From: Candidatus Nomurabacteria bacterium
GTDB lineage: Bacteria > Patescibacteriota > Minisyncoccia > Phycocordibacterales > UBA9973
Direction: 5' to 3'
DNA: 64,000 nt
Assembly: GCA_963842815.1 (NCBI GenBank)
Contig: CAWJHU010000001.1
Location: 94,497 to 158,496 of the forward strand
Part shown: one piece after another, positions 34,984-45,533 of the stretch
Layout: every line of letters begins with the position of its first letter
Numbering within the stretch: the first letter of the stretch is position 1
Made by a program: the position numbers and the translations under genes
Notes under the pieces: generated by a model
Told to the model about the DNA's origin: nothing
Databases searched by the model: none
Seen by the model: the letters and a program-made list of their open reading frames with translations, nothing else

Positions 34984-37206
34984 TTACTCCGCGTTCATTT
35001 TTATTTTAGTCTTCGCTCCCACAAGACCATCGGCTACCAAGCCTTGGGCTTTTTGCCATTTCTTGATGACAGCAATTGTCTTCGGACCTAGTTTCCCATC
35101 TACCGCCAAGCCCAGACTTAATTTATCATTCAGGAATCTTTGCAATTCCATAACGGCTGCTCCTCTGCTTCCGTTTTTCAAGGTGACCGTACCGAAGTTG
35201 TAAGTAGCTGTTACGCCTGTGCCTGCGTTTCCCGCACAGGATACGCCGGTGGTTGTGCTGAAGCCGGTGGTTCTATTGTCACAGCCGGGGATGGTGGTTT
35301 TCGTACTGAGAGAAGTTGTTGTTGTTGCCGGAGGATAGTACCCTCCTCCACTTCCGCCGCCTCCGCCGCCAGTAGTGGTAGTTGAGGAATTTGTGTTGCT
35401 TCCACTATTATTGCCAGTATTAGTGGTGCTTGTTGAAGTTGAAGGAGGGGTGGTTGTAGTGGAAGAAGGAGGAGTGGTGTCAGTTGCGGGAGGAGATGCA
35501 ACAACAACAGTAGTATTCCCAACCGATTGAGCTACGGCTTCCCATAATGGATTAGAAGTTTGCAAAGTAGATTTATTCGGAAGCCAACCGGCCGGAAAAT
35601 CATAAATCATAAAACCGCCGAAGTTTTTTTGCTTGACCCATTGCATAATTGCGCTGACAGACTGGGGAGTTTGCACGTCATATAAATAATTATTCCACAA
35701 TGCCCAGGAAGCTTCGGCTGAACTGTCCCATTGAAAAACAGCGGATGGGTCGTTTCGCATGTCGTTTCTCGCTTGAACGTAAGCCCAGGAAGTGTATTTG
35801 TCTCCTGGTTTTGTTGCTCCTCCAAATTTTATAGATTCAAAAGAAATTGAAATGGCCATTTTGGACACATCATAGCCCCCGGTGATGAAACTAATTGCAT
35901 TATCATTTAAAGTACATCCTGCCAATCCAAGATACTGGGTTGATTTATATACGGGCGTTCCATATCCGGCGACGGGACCTCCGCAATTAACCCACATGGT
36001 ATAGGTCATCGCATACATTTGGTCTAAATCCGCGTTCATCACAAGCGGGTCGTAAGCATTATGAAATGTTGCCATATCCAAGGACTCAACCAGAATTCCG
36101 CGCGTCGGCCATTTGTTAAGTTCCGTACGATAATCATTCAAAAGATAACTATGCTCGCTTTTAACATTGGGCCATTCCCAGTCAATTTCAATTCCGTCAA
36201 ACCCATTGGCTTGGGCATAGGCGGAAGATTGCTGAACCAGCATATCAATTTTGGCCGGGTCGGAAGAAATGGCATTGAGGTTCGTCCCCGGATATACGCT
36301 CGCGACACTTAGCAAAACTTTCACGTTATGACTATGAGCTGCCGCAATGGTTCGGCTCAAATAGGACCTTCCGGAAGAATCTTTGAAATCCAAACCGGAA
36401 GATGAAAAATATGGAGCGCTTGTAATTACTCCTCCCCCTGTAAACAAAACCATGTGAGTCATGCCGGTCCAATCTATATTTTCCGGGTCCAAAGTGCCCC
36501 ACCACCAATCTGGATAATATCCCACAAGCCACATTCCACTTGAAGATGATGAACTGCCGCCGGAAGTAGTGCCGGAAGAAACAGGAGGGGTTGAACCGGA
36601 ATTCGTGTTGTCCACGGGAGGAGGATTAGAAACCACCGGCGGAACAGTCCCCGAAGGAGCAGAAGACCCGGCCGGGACAAATTGAATTTCATCCAGATAA
36701 AATGTTCTCGGTTGCCCACTTGTCTCGGTAATATAAAAACTATTTATCGGATGATTTTCCGGGTCAAGGGTGCTCATCGGTATATTAAAAAGAGTCCAGA
36801 TATTGGCTGGAGCGCTGGCAGTATATCCAGGGAAAGAATCTCCGGCATCGTTTTCAAATTTAAACTGAAGGGCAGCGCCCTGGGTTCCTCCATAGACAGC
36901 GACGGAAAAAAAAGAATATTGGCTGGAAAGAATATTGTTATGAACCCCCCAATTGCCATTTCTTGCCCTGAAAGCTCCCCAGATGCCGTTGATTACTTTT
37001 ATGGATGTGGTTCCGGCATAGGCCTGTTCGGTACTGTTAATTACCCTGGAGCTGGCATAGGAAACATCCATCCAGGGAGAATTAAGAGATGAATCCTGAT
37101 AAACATAAAGGGGGGCTGTTTGACCATGAACGAAAACAGCCGTTCCTATAAAAATTAAAGTTAGGATAAAAAGAAGCGCATAAAATTTTTTTGTTAATAT
37201 TTCCAT
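34984..37206 (-). CDS. Secreted GH18-like glycoside hydrolase with a C-terminal peptidoglycan-binding domain (PG_binding_1) and Ser/Thr/Gly-rich linkers
   Basis: Signal peptide; NGFDGIEIDWEWP is the GH18 DGxDxDWE catalytic motif; C-terminal GSRGAAVMELQRFLNDK...VDGKLGPKTIAVIKKWQKAQGLVADGLVGAKT is the peptidoglycan-binding repeat. Confidence 0.7.
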   Translation of the reverse strand: MEILTKKFYALLFILTLIFIGTAVFVHGQTAPLYVYQDSSLNSPWMDVSYASSRVINSTEQAYAGTTSIKVINGIWGAFRARNGNWGVHNNILSSQYSFFSVAVYGGTQGAALQFKFENDAGDSFPGYTASAPANIWTLFNIPMSTLDPENHPINSFYITETSGQPRTFYLDEIQFVPAGSSAPSGTVPPVVSNPPPVDNTNSGSTPPVSSGTTSGGSSSSSSGMWLVGYYPDWWWGTLDPENIDWTGMTHMVLFTGGGVITSAPYFSSSGLDFKDSSGRSYLSRTIAAAHSHNVKVLLSVASVYPGTNLNAISSDPAKIDMLVQQSSAYAQANGFDGIEIDWEWPNVKSEHSYLLNDYRTELNKWPTRGILVESLDMATFHNAYDPLVMNADLDQMYAMTYTMWVNCGGPVAGYGTPVYKSTQYLGLAGCTLNDNAISFITGGYDVSKMAISISFESIKFGGATKPGDKYTSWAYVQARNDMRNDPSAVFQWDSSAEASWALWNNYLYDVQTPQSVSAIMQWVKQKNFGGFMIYDFPAGWLPNKSTLQTSNPLWEAVAQSVGNTTVVVASPPATDTTPPSSTTTTPPSTSTSTTNTGNNSGSNTNSSTTTTGGGGGGSGGGYYPPATTTTSLSTKTTIPGCDNRTTGFSTTTGVSCAGNAGTGVTATYNFGTVTLKNGSRGAAVMELQRFLNDKLSLGLAVDGKLGPKTIAVIKKWQKAQGLVADGLVGAKTKIKMNAE

Positions 37207-37276
37207 ATTTTTAAATTATAATATTATTTTTTATTTATTTCCATAAAACTTCCGATATTTGTGTTATATTTAACTT

Positions 37277-37852
37277 ATGTCATTTGATGAAAATGATGAA
37301 GAAATAATTATTTTATATAAAAATGGCGAGGAAGAAGCATTTAAGGGTCTGATAGACAAATACACTCCCCTCCTTTACAATTTTGCCGCACGCTTGACCG
37401 ACCGAAATAACGCCTCTGATGTAGTTCAGGAAACTTTTATAAAAGTTTGGAAAAACTTGCACCATTTTGATTCTTCCAAGGCCAGTTTCAAGACTTGGGT
37501 TTTTACCATTGCCAAAAATACCGCCACCGATTTTTTAAGGAAAAAAAAGAGCCTGCTTTTCTCCGAGATGGACAAGGGTCTGGATAAAGACAACGATGAA
37601 CATAACGTTTCTTTCTCTGAAAATATACCCGATGAAAAATTAATTCCTGATGAAGCTCTGCAAAAATTACAAGATTCGGATTTGCTCAATAAAATACTGG
37701 ATAAACTGCCAATAAGTGAAAAAATTATTCTGGTGCTCCACTATCAGGAAGAGATGACTTTTGATGAAATAAGTAAAATTTTAAGCAAACCTTTAAATAC
37801 AGTCAAAAGCCAGCATCGCCGGGCCATAACAAAACTCCGTAAAATGCTATAA
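37277..37852 (+). CDS. ECF-subfamily RNA polymerase sigma-70 factor
   Basis: The region-2 and region-4 pattern (FKTWVFTIAKNTATDFLRKK...ILVLHYQEEMTFDEISKIL). Confidence 0.8.
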   Translation: MSFDENDEEIIILYKNGEEEAFKGLIDKYTPLLYNFAARLTDRNNASDVVQETFIKVWKNLHHFDSSKASFKTWVFTIAKNTATDFLRKKKSLLFSEMDKGLDKDNDEHNVSFSENIPDEKLIPDEALQKLQDSDLLNKILDKLPISEKIILVLHYQEEMTFDEISKILSKPLNTVKSQHRRAITKLRKML

Positions 37853-37860
37853 TAAACTTC

Positions 37861-38436
37861 ATGTCTTACATTTTGGCTTTGCTCATACAATACAAATATC
37901 TGATTCTTTTCCCGGTTATTGTCATTGAGGGCCCTTTCGCCACAGTTATCAGCGGTTTTTTAATTTCTTTGGGAATTTTTAATGTCTTTATCGCCTATCC
38001 GATAATAATTCTCGGGGATTTGGCTTCCGATTCCATTTTTTATTTTATCGGGAGATTCGGCAGTAAATCAATCAATAAATGGATGCTTTACTTCGGGGTT
38101 ACGCCGGAAAAACTTGAAAATGCAAAAACATATTTTACAAACAACAGCAATAAAGCCATCGTCGCTTCAAAATTTATTCATGGCGTGGGAGTAAGCGGAC
38201 TGATGGCTGCAGGATTATTAAAAATTTCGTATTTTAAATATGCCAGAGTTTGCTTAATCACGGACATATTGCAATTCGGAGTCTTTCTCGCAATAGGATT
38301 TTTCTTCGGCCACGCCTACAAACAGATAGCAATTTATTTGGATAATTATGCTAAGATAGCAAGCATTGTCGCCCTGGTAATCATTCTTTTGGCAGTGGTA
38401 ATATATAAATTCAGAAAAAGAGAAAAAACAATTTAA
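37861..38436 (+). CDS. DedA/VTT-family membrane protein
   Basis: Multi-TM protein of about 190 aa with a DedA-like layout. Confidence 0.6.
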   Translation: MSYILALLIQYKYLILFPVIVIEGPFATVISGFLISLGIFNVFIAYPIIILGDLASDSIFYFIGRFGSKSINKWMLYFGVTPEKLENAKTYFTNNSNKAIVASKFIHGVGVSGLMAAGLLKISYFKYARVCLITDILQFGVFLAIGFFFGHAYKQIAIYLDNYAKIASIVALVIILLAVVIYKFRKREKTI

Positions 38437-38442
38437 GATTTT

Positions 38443-39633
38443 ATGCAAGCTAAGAAAGAGGAGAAGAAAAAATTAAGCATAGCTATGATTTGCGACCCCA
38501 TCGGCAATAATAAATCCGGCGTAGTTGTTTCCACCTTGCGATTCGCAAAATTATTGAAGGAACGGGGACACAATGTCATTTTTATTGCTGCCCGTTCCAA
38601 AGAGCACAAAAAACACAGCTATCACGACGGCATAAAAGCGTATCGCTACAGAAGCCTTCCCGTGCCAAAATCATGCGGATGGTATCTGGCCTTTCCCACC
38701 GTTAAAGAATTAAAAAAAGTTTTTCAGGAAGAAAATATAAATATCGTGCATATTATTTTACCCATGTCCGGCTCAATCATCGCCATAAAGGCGGCTCGTT
38801 CGCTTAATATTAAAATAGTGGCCCACTCCCACTCCCAACCGGAAAATCTTTTCATGGATATGCCGAAATTAATACGACCAACTTTGAATCGCATGTGGAA
38901 TTCATATCTCATGTGGACCTATGGCAAAGCTGAAGCTTTGATTTATCCGTCAGAGATGGCTCGCTCATTATTGAATAAGCTGAGTAAAAAAAATCAGACA
39001 TCGCATGTTATCAGCAACGGTATAAATATAAAAGAATTCAGGCCTCTTCCCATTGGAGATTTTCATGAAAGATTCGGCATTCCAAAGAGCACGATTAAAC
39101 TGCTTTTTGTCGGCCGTTTGTTCCCGGAAAAATCCGTTGATACCATTCTTAGGGCAACGCCTCATATCCTTAAAAAACATCCAAATATTCATGTAATGAT
39201 TGTGGGCGATGGCTATCTAAGGTCAAAACTGGAAAAATTAGCCCGCGGTCTTGGCATAGAAAAATTTATAACCTTTCTGGGATTGGTCAGCGAAGAAGAT
39301 AAAATTTTGGCCTATAATGCCAGCGATATTTTTGTGCTTCCCTCTTTTGCGGAACTTGAAGGAATGGCTGTTCTGGAAGCCAAAGCCTGTGGTAAACCCA
39401 TTATTATTTCCGATTCCGAAATGAGCGCTTCCCGTTTCTTTGTGGACGGCAACGGTTTTCTGTTTGAAACAAAAAATCATGAGGACCTGGCAGAAAAGGC
39501 AATTCAATTGATTGCCAACGCGGAGCTTCGTGAAAAAATGGGGAAAGTGAGTTTGGAAAAAAGCAAGAATTACGACATAGAAAAAAGCGTTGATAAGTTG
39601 GAAGAAGTTTATTGTTTAGTTTTAAAAAAATGA
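38443..39633 (+). CDS. GT4-family glycosyltransferase
   Basis: LFVGRLFPEKSVDTILRA...EGMAVLEAKACGKPIISD is the GT4 EX7E-type signature. Confidence 0.85.
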   Translation: MQAKKEEKKKLSIAMICDPIGNNKSGVVVSTLRFAKLLKERGHNVIFIAARSKEHKKHSYHDGIKAYRYRSLPVPKSCGWYLAFPTVKELKKVFQEENINIVHIILPMSGSIIAIKAARSLNIKIVAHSHSQPENLFMDMPKLIRPTLNRMWNSYLMWTYGKAEALIYPSEMARSLLNKLSKKNQTSHVISNGINIKEFRPLPIGDFHERFGIPKSTIKLLFVGRLFPEKSVDTILRATPHILKKHPNIHVMIVGDGYLRSKLEKLARGLGIEKFITFLGLVSEEDKILAYNASDIFVLPSFAELEGMAVLEAKACGKPIIISDSEMSASRFFVDGNGFLFETKNHEDLAEKAIQLIANAELREKMGKVSLEKSKNYDIEKSVDKLEEVYCLVLKK

Positions 39634-40442
39634 TGCACGAATTATTTTTTAAAGAAAAAGGGCTCTATTACAGGATAAACGATTTCAAAAAAGACAGGCC
39701 GACGATAGTTTTTGTGCACGGCGTGTATGGCAGTTCTTCGGCCTGGGCAAAACATGAAAAAGAATTTTCCCAAAAATATAATGTTTTGAATTACGATATG
39801 CGGGGACACGGAGAATCCCGGGTATATAGAAAATTTGAAGATTATGAAATAGAAAAATTCGTGGAAGATTTGAATGACCTGGTTAAATTTCTAAAAATAG
39901 AAAAATTTATTTTAATCGCCCACTCCATGGGTTCTCTGATAGTCTTGGACTATCTGCTCAAACACCAGGAAAAAGTAATTTCCGCGATACTATTGAGCCC
40001 AAATATAAATACAGGAAACGAATGGCTGAAAATTGTCATTAATAAACCTTTGATGTGTCTGATAACAGCCATAGAAAATAAATTACCCAAATGGAGATTG
40101 GGCGGACATGTTGATTATTCCAAGTACCCGAATTCCAGCGATTGGGCTGTAAAAAGATCTATAGCCGATTTGAAAAATACCGGGCTTTCCACTTATTTAT
40201 ATTGTGTAAAACATTTTTGCGGTTATGACCGCAGAAATTGTTTGGGAAATATAAAAGTGCCGGTTCTTATCGTTCATGGAAGAAAAGATAGCATTTTCCC
40301 GGTAAAAAATTCCATAGAAATGGCCCAAAAAATTCCCAAATCCAAACTTGTCATCCTAGAAAACGCCGACCATATAATTGTCATCAATCATTTTGACGAA
40401 ATTTCTAAGATAATTGAAGGTTTTATAGAAGAGACAAAATAG
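39612..40442 (+). CDS. Alpha/beta-fold hydrolase
   Basis: FVHGVYGSS...IAHSMGS nucleophile elbow (GxSxG). Confidence 0.8.
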   Translation: MFSFKKMMHELFFKEKGLYYRINDFKKDRPTIVFVHGVYGSSSAWAKHEKEFSQKYNVLNYDMRGHGESRVYRKFEDYEIEKFVEDLNDLVKFLKIEKFILIAHSMGSLIVLDYLLKHQEKVISAILLSPNINTGNEWLKIVINKPLMCLITAIENKLPKWRLGGHVDYSKYPNSSDWAVKRSIADLKNTGLSTYLYCVKHFCGYDRRNCLGNIKVPVLIVHGRKDSIFPVKNSIEMAQKIPKSKLVILENADHIIVINHFDEISKIIEGFIEETK

Positions 40443-40557
40443 CTTGATTTTTAAAGGATGTTATCTATTCTATTTGACATTTTGTTTCATGTATGCTATA
40501 CTGTACAAAAGTACATAATAAATAATCATTTCCCACAAAACTCATCATGGAGGTTTT

Positions 40558-40794
40558 ATGAAAAAATCTGAGATTTATATGCAAAAGACAGTAAGCTATT
40601 TCGACAGAAATTGGCTTATTATTATGAGCGGTTCGTTTGGGGTAGGCGGGGCAATTGGAGTAGTAAGAAATGTTGCTTCTGGTGATTACAGACGAATTAT
40701 TTTAGGTCTTGTGATTGGCCTTCTTGTCGGAAAGATTTTAGATGTAATTATAAAAATTTTGATGAGAAGGGAAACCAAAAAAATCGAAGGGTAA
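40558..40794 (+). CDS. Small membrane protein
   Basis: 78 aa with two TM helices. Confidence 0.35.
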   Translation: MKKSEIYMQKTVSYFDRNWLIIMSGSFGVGGAIGVVRNVASGDYRRIILGLVIGLLVGKILDVIIKILMRRETKKIEG

Positions 40795-40898
40795 GCCTAA
40801 TAATAAAATTACCCAAAAAGCTAACAAAAATTTGTTGGCTTTTTTTATTTGTAAAAACTATTATTGATTATAAAGTATTTTAGTAGTAAACTTCAAAT

Positions 40899-42197
40899 AT
40901 GGGAATGGAAAATAATTTTAATAATCCTATCAAAACTAAAGAAAAACCGGAACAAATAACATTTCCTCATGCGGAATACGGTTTGAAGTTATATGAAAAA
41001 GAATATGGGAATAACCCAGAAGAGATCAAAAGAGTAAAAGAAATTTTTGACACTTTTTTAAATCAAGAAATAGAAAATATTAAAATTTATAATTCGGAAA
41101 AATTCGGTGTTTCTCTCCCCTACACCAGCATCAATGCAGGCGATTTTGCAAAAAAGTTTTATGAAAAATACACCGGGGAAAAAGCGGAAATAAAAACTCC
41201 AAAAGAGAGTCTCGTAGTAGAAGGTAATAAAAAACATATAAGCAATGAATATATGTTTCCCGGGGCTCCTCTCAACATGGAATTGCTTGATAATGGTCCA
41301 TTCCACTACGTGGGAGAATCCATGCGCCAATGCATAGAAAAACTTCCTGCCGCTCTTGAAAAAATAAAAAATGGTGAAGAACCCGATGAATTTGAGGTAT
41401 TTACGATGGGCACACCAATCAACGAACTTGGCAAAATGTCGCCGGGATTTTTGGAAATTTTCAAGAAAAATCCGACCGGAGTGATGAGCGAGGTTTTTGC
41501 GGAATTCATAAAGAAAAATAGTGAAACAAAATACAATATGGGGAAATTGGATATTGAACTTTTTGGAATCTCATGGGGAGGAGGTGTTGCTTCAATAGCC
41601 GGTGAAAAACTCTTGGAAACTGGCGAATTTACGCAAGATTCCGAAGAATCAGAAGAAAAAGGAATCCCGAAAATCGCGATAAAAGCACAAAACCCCGTTT
41701 CGCTCAGCCGTTCAAAGATAAAGGGTCCGCAAATTTGGTTTGGTTCTCCTTTAAACGATCCTGTTTCGGGAGATCAGTATGGACCGACTATGGGCAAAGA
41801 AAATCCGGAATTCGCAAAACAAATAAATAAAATCCTGGAAAAACGCGGAATATATGCAAATAAATCCGAAGAACAGCAAAAAATGAAAAAGAAAGCGATG
41901 CTGGATATTATTCTCTCTTTCAGAAAAGGATTAAAATTAAAACCGGAAACAAAAATAACTGAAATCTATGGTTTGCATGATTTGACAACCAAAACTTCCA
42001 GTCTTACAAAAGAAGTAAAAGAGCAAATGAAATCTCATCCTGATTCTCTGGGACAAAATTTGGCAAAACCCCAAAGAGAAAATTCAAGGGTTTTCGGTGC
42101 TGATATGTTTCATGAGTTTCCTTGGTTTAGAGAGACCGAATTAAGAAAAATTAAAAAAGCCGCAGAAAAATTAGAAGAATTAGAAAAATCGAAATAA
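40899..42197 (+). CDS. Hypothetical protein with a GxSxG motif (possible serine hydrolase)
   Basis: ELFGISWGGGVASIAGEKL gives a GISWG nucleophile-elbow-like motif. Confidence 0.35.
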   Translation: MGMENNFNNPIKTKEKPEQITFPHAEYGLKLYEKEYGNNPEEIKRVKEIFDTFLNQEIENIKIYNSEKFGVSLPYTSINAGDFAKKFYEKYTGEKAEIKTPKESLVVEGNKKHISNEYMFPGAPLNMELLDNGPFHYVGESMRQCIEKLPAALEKIKNGEEPDEFEVFTMGTPINELGKMSPGFLEIFKKNPTGVMSEVFAEFIKKNSETKYNMGKLDIELFGISWGGGVASIAGEKLLETGEFTQDSEESEEKGIPKIAIKAQNPVSLSRSKIKGPQIWFGSPLNDPVSGDQYGPTMGKENPEFAKQINKILEKRGIYANKSEEQQKMKKKAMLDIILSFRKGLKLKPETKITEIYGLHDLTTKTSSLTKEVKEQMKSHPDSLGQNLAKPQRENSRVFGADMFHEFPWFRETELRKIKKAAEKLEELEKSK

Positions 42198-42199
42198 TC

Positions 42200-42835
42200 A
42201 TGAAAATCTGGATGCAAAAATGGAAAGACTTGGCGCAGGATAAAGAATTTATTAAATCTTTGATAATTGGATTTCTGCTTCTTGTTTTGAGCCTAATAAT
42301 CAATTATATCGCCGGCACCTACGCCACGGAAAAAGCCAGCCTGCCGGTAACTGATATTATTTTGAGCAACATTCCCGTTTTTGACGTTGATGGCATTTTT
42401 ATTTACGGGTCAATCATTTTTTGGATTTTCGCCATAGTAGTATTTTTTTACAACCCTAAAAAAATCGCTTTTGGTTTAAAGTCTATCGCTCTTTTTGTCA
42501 TCATCCGGTCAATTTTCATCAGTTTGACCCACCTTGGGCCATTCCCAACTCAAATGGTTGTTGACAACGTAAGTCTTTTCAATAAACTCACTTTCGGTGG
42601 AGATTTATTTTTTTCAGGGCATACGGGTCTTCCCTTTCTGCTGGCTCTGACTTTCTGGCAAGAAAAATATTTGCGCTATATTTTCATAATTTCATCAATT
42701 ATATTTGCCGCAGTTGTTTTGATGGGACATCTGCATTATTCCATAGATGTTCTGGCTGCCTTTTTCATTACCTATGCCATCTTCCATATGGCAGAATTTT
42801 TGTTTAAAAAAGATAGGGAGAAATTTTTGAGTTAA
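42200..42835 (+). CDS. PAP2-like membrane protein (PAP2_C / sphingomyelin-synthase-like)
   Basis: GDLFFSGHTG and HLHYSIDVLAAFF motifs within a multi-TM protein. Confidence 0.5.
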   Translation: MKIWMQKWKDLAQDKEFIKSLIIGFLLLVLSLIINYIAGTYATEKASLPVTDIILSNIPVFDVDGIFIYGSIIFWIFAIVVFFYNPKKIAFGLKSIALFVIIRSIFISLTHLGPFPTQMVVDNVSLFNKLTFGGDLFFSGHTGLPFLLALTFWQEKYLRYIFIISSIIFAAVVLMGHLHYSIDVLAAFFITYAIFHMAEFLFKKDREKFLS

Positions 42836-42873
42836 ATGCACCAAAATGAGCTTTCCGCCGTATATACAAACAT

Positions 42874-43278
42874 ATGGAAAAGGAGCTAAAAAAAGTATTT
42901 CAAAAGGCTAAATATGAAGAGAGCTCCGGCTTAGCTTCGGGTATTTGGCAAAACATAGCTATACGTAGTAAACGTAAGGCTCGTTTTGAGTTATGGGCTT
43001 TTTCTTTTATAGGAATTATTTCCTTAACAGGGCTTGTCCCAGCTTTGAAAGCACTGTCGAACAATCTGGTTCAATCCGGTTTTTATGAGTACTTCTCTTT
43101 AATATTCTCTAACAGCAGTTCCCTTCTTTCCTACTGGAAAGAACTCGCCTTTTCCATTGCCGAATCATTGCCGGTAATGAGCATTGTTTTGTCCCTTTCC
43201 CTTGTTTTTATTTTCTTTTTGTCAATCAAATATGCAACCAGGCAAGTTATTAGAGGTCAATTATCATTATCATTTTAA
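42874..43278 (+). CDS. Hypothetical membrane protein
   Basis: 134 aa with two TM helices. Confidence 0.35.
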   Translation: MEKELKKVFQKAKYEESSGLASGIWQNIAIRSKRKARFELWAFSFIGIISLTGLVPALKALSNNLVQSGFYEYFSLIFSNSSSLLSYWKELAFSIAESLPVMSIVLSLSLVFIFFLSIKYATRQVIRGQLSLSF

Positions 43279-43301
43279 TTAAGCAGTTTTCATAAAATAA
43301 T

Positions 43302-43805
43302 ATGAAAAAAATATACGAGGACATAAAGAAAATTTTTGACTCAAAAATTTCAACCGGCATTTTGGCCGCCGTCGGATTTTTTATAATCGCTGTTTTAATT
43401 TTTTCTGCCGGAGTTGCCGTCGGTTTTCACAAAGCCTCTTTTGGCCGGGCCTGGGGAGAAAATTATGAACGCAATTTCGGCATGAGACCCGACCGTCCCA
43501 TCTTGGGCGAAGATAACTTTCCGAATGCCCACGGCGCCATAGGTAAGATTATAAAAATAGAATTGCCGACAATAATAGTGCAGGACAGCAAAGATAATAC
43601 GGAAAAAGTGGTTTTGATAAAAAGCGATACGCAAATACAGAAAATGATGACAACTGCAAAGACAAGCGACCTTTCCATTGATGATTTTGTTGTTGTAATC
43701 GGTTCGCCGGACAATCAAGGCCAGATAGAAGCGAAGTTTATCAGAGTAATGCCGGCCGGGATGCCTGTTCCTCCGCCGTCGCAAACGCCTGCCCCCATAA
43801 AATAA
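43302..43805 (+). CDS. Membrane-anchored DUF5666-like protein
   Basis: N-terminal TM helix; C-terminal TIIVQDSKDNTEKVVLIKSDTQIQ...IDDFVVVIGSPDNQGQIEAKFIRV is a paralog of 47480..47965. Confidence 0.45.
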   Translation: MKKIYEDIKKIFDSKISTGILAAVGFFIIAVLIFSAGVAVGFHKASFGRAWGENYERNFGMRPDRPILGEDNFPNAHGAIGKIIKIELPTIIVQDSKDNTEKVVLIKSDTQIQKMMTTAKTSDLSIDDFVVVIGSPDNQGQIEAKFIRVMPAGMPVPPPSQTPAPIK

Positions 43806-43806
43806 T

Positions 43807-45516
43807 ATGAAAAACTATTTTGATAAAATCAAAGCTTATATTTTTCTGCATAAAGTTTGGAGCGCAATTATTTTGATAGCGGTCTTACTGGTAGGTTATT
43901 GGGGATATGGAAAAATGACAAGCACCAGCGGGGAAACCAGATATGTTTTGGCTGCCGTCACCAAAGGAACTATTATCTCATCTGTTTCCGGAAGCGGCCA
44001 AGTTTCCGCTTCGGATGAAATTAATATCAACCCGAAGGTTTCAGGCACCATTACCAGCGTAAATGTTAATCCGGGAGACCAAGTCAAAGCCGGCAGATTG
44101 CTTTTTGTGATTGACGATACAAATGCGCAGAAAACAGTTCGCGATGCAGAATTAAGCCTGCAAAATGCAAATTTGTCTTTGCAAAAACTTCAAATTCAGA
44201 ATTCGGATACGAATTTGAATGCCAATTTATCAAAAGCCTATGATGACAGTTTCAACACTGTTTCAAATGCATTTTTGGATATGCCTTCCATTATGAACGG
44301 GCTTACCAGTATGTTCTTTCAAAGCGACCCCAAAATTGACGGCCAATGGTATGCCAACTGGTATGCCGGACAAGTTTGGAAAACAGATGTGGATGCTGCT
44401 CTTGTCTATAAGCAAGATTTGATAGACTCATACAATCTTGCTCTGAGCGCATACAATAAAAATTTTAATGATTACAAAGCAATTTCGCGAACTTCGGATT
44501 CGTCTGCCATTGAAAATTTAATATCTGAAACCTATGATACAACCAAACTTTTAGCTGACGCCATAAAGAGCGCCAATAATTATATTGATTTTGTAAATAA
44601 TTCAATGCAAACAAATAGTTTTACCATCCCGGCCATAATAAACACCCACAAGGCCGTGTTAAATACCGACACATCTCAAATTAATTCACACTTAAGCGAC
44701 CTTCTTTCGGCAAAAACAAATATTCAGAGCAGCAAAGACGCCTTTTCAAATTCTGACCTTACCACCAAGACCACCGAGCTCAGCATCAAACAAGCGGAAA
44801 ACTCTTTATCCGATGCGCAACAAAATTTATCCGATTATTATGTAAGAGCTCCTTTTGACGGAGTAATAGCAAGTGTTCCCGTTCAAAAAGGAGACAATGC
44901 AAGTTCCGGCACAACTCTGGGAACAATTATTACCTCACAGCAGGTGGCAGTAATTTCTCTAAACGAAGTGGATGTGGCAAAAATAGCGCTTGGAGAAAAA
45001 ACAACTCTCACTTTTGACGCTATCCCAGATTTAACAATTTCAGGAAAGGTTGTCCAAATTGATTCTTTGGGTACTGTTTCCCAGGGAGTCGTCAACTACA
45101 ACGTAAAAATAAGTTTTGATATGAACGACGCCAGGGTTAAACCGGGAATGAGTGTCAGCGCTGAAATTATTACCAGCGTAAAACAGGATGTTTTGACGGT
45201 TCCCAATAGCGCCATAAAAAATCAAGGAGGCACAAGCTATGTACAAATGTTTGACACCGCCCTGCCCGCTCCGGCAACCGGAGTACAGGGTTCTGTTTCC
45301 GTTACTCCTCCCATAAATCAAACAGTTCAGATTGGCGTTTCTGACGACACCTCTACGGAAATCGTTTCGGGATTGAAAGAAGGCGACCAAGTAGTAACTA
45401 AAACAATTACTTCTGCCACTTCTACAACTTCTTCTACCCCCAGCTTACTTAATGCGGTAAGTGGAAATAGAGGAACAACAGGAGGCGGGGCTACCAGAGT
45501 GCTAAGAGGCGATTAA
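43807..45516 (+). CDS. HlyD/MacA-like periplasmic adaptor (membrane fusion protein)
   Basis: N-terminal TM; KVSGTITSVNVNPGDQVKAGRLLFVIDD biotinyl/lipoyl-like hairpin; long coiled coil; beta-barrel-like C-terminus. Confidence 0.75.
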   Translation: MKNYFDKIKAYIFLHKVWSAIILIAVLLVGYWGYGKMTSTSGETRYVLAAVTKGTIISSVSGSGQVSASDEININPKVSGTITSVNVNPGDQVKAGRLLFVIDDTNAQKTVRDAELSLQNANLSLQKLQIQNSDTNLNANLSKAYDDSFNTVSNAFLDMPSIMNGLTSMFFQSDPKIDGQWYANWYAGQVWKTDVDAALVYKQDLIDSYNLALSAYNKNFNDYKAISRTSDSSAIENLISETYDTTKLLADAIKSANNYIDFVNNSMQTNSFTIPAIINTHKAVLNTDTSQINSHLSDLLSAKTNIQSSKDAFSNSDLTTKTTELSIKQAENSLSDAQQNLSDYYVRAPFDGVIASVPVQKGDNASSGTTLGTIITSQQVAVISLNEVDVAKIALGEKTTLTFDAIPDLTISGKVVQIDSLGTVSQGVVNYNVKISFDMNDARVKPGMSVSAEIITSVKQDVLTVPNSAIKNQGGTSYVQMFDTALPAPATGVQGSVSVTPPINQTVQIGVSDDTSTEIVSGLKEGDQVVTKTITSATSTTSSTPSLLNAVSGNRGTTGGGATRVLRGD

Positions 45517-45533
45517 AATTCTTAAAATAAATA

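Noticed and set aside
35211-35522. 103-aa Leu/Pro/Gln-rich ORF
   Set aside because: It is an alternative frame inside the GH18 gene's low-complexity Thr/Ser/Gly linker region.
43395-43784. Minus-strand ORFs inside 43302..43805
   Set aside because: Antisense shadow frames; the plus-strand gene has a TM helix and a DUF5666-like domain.
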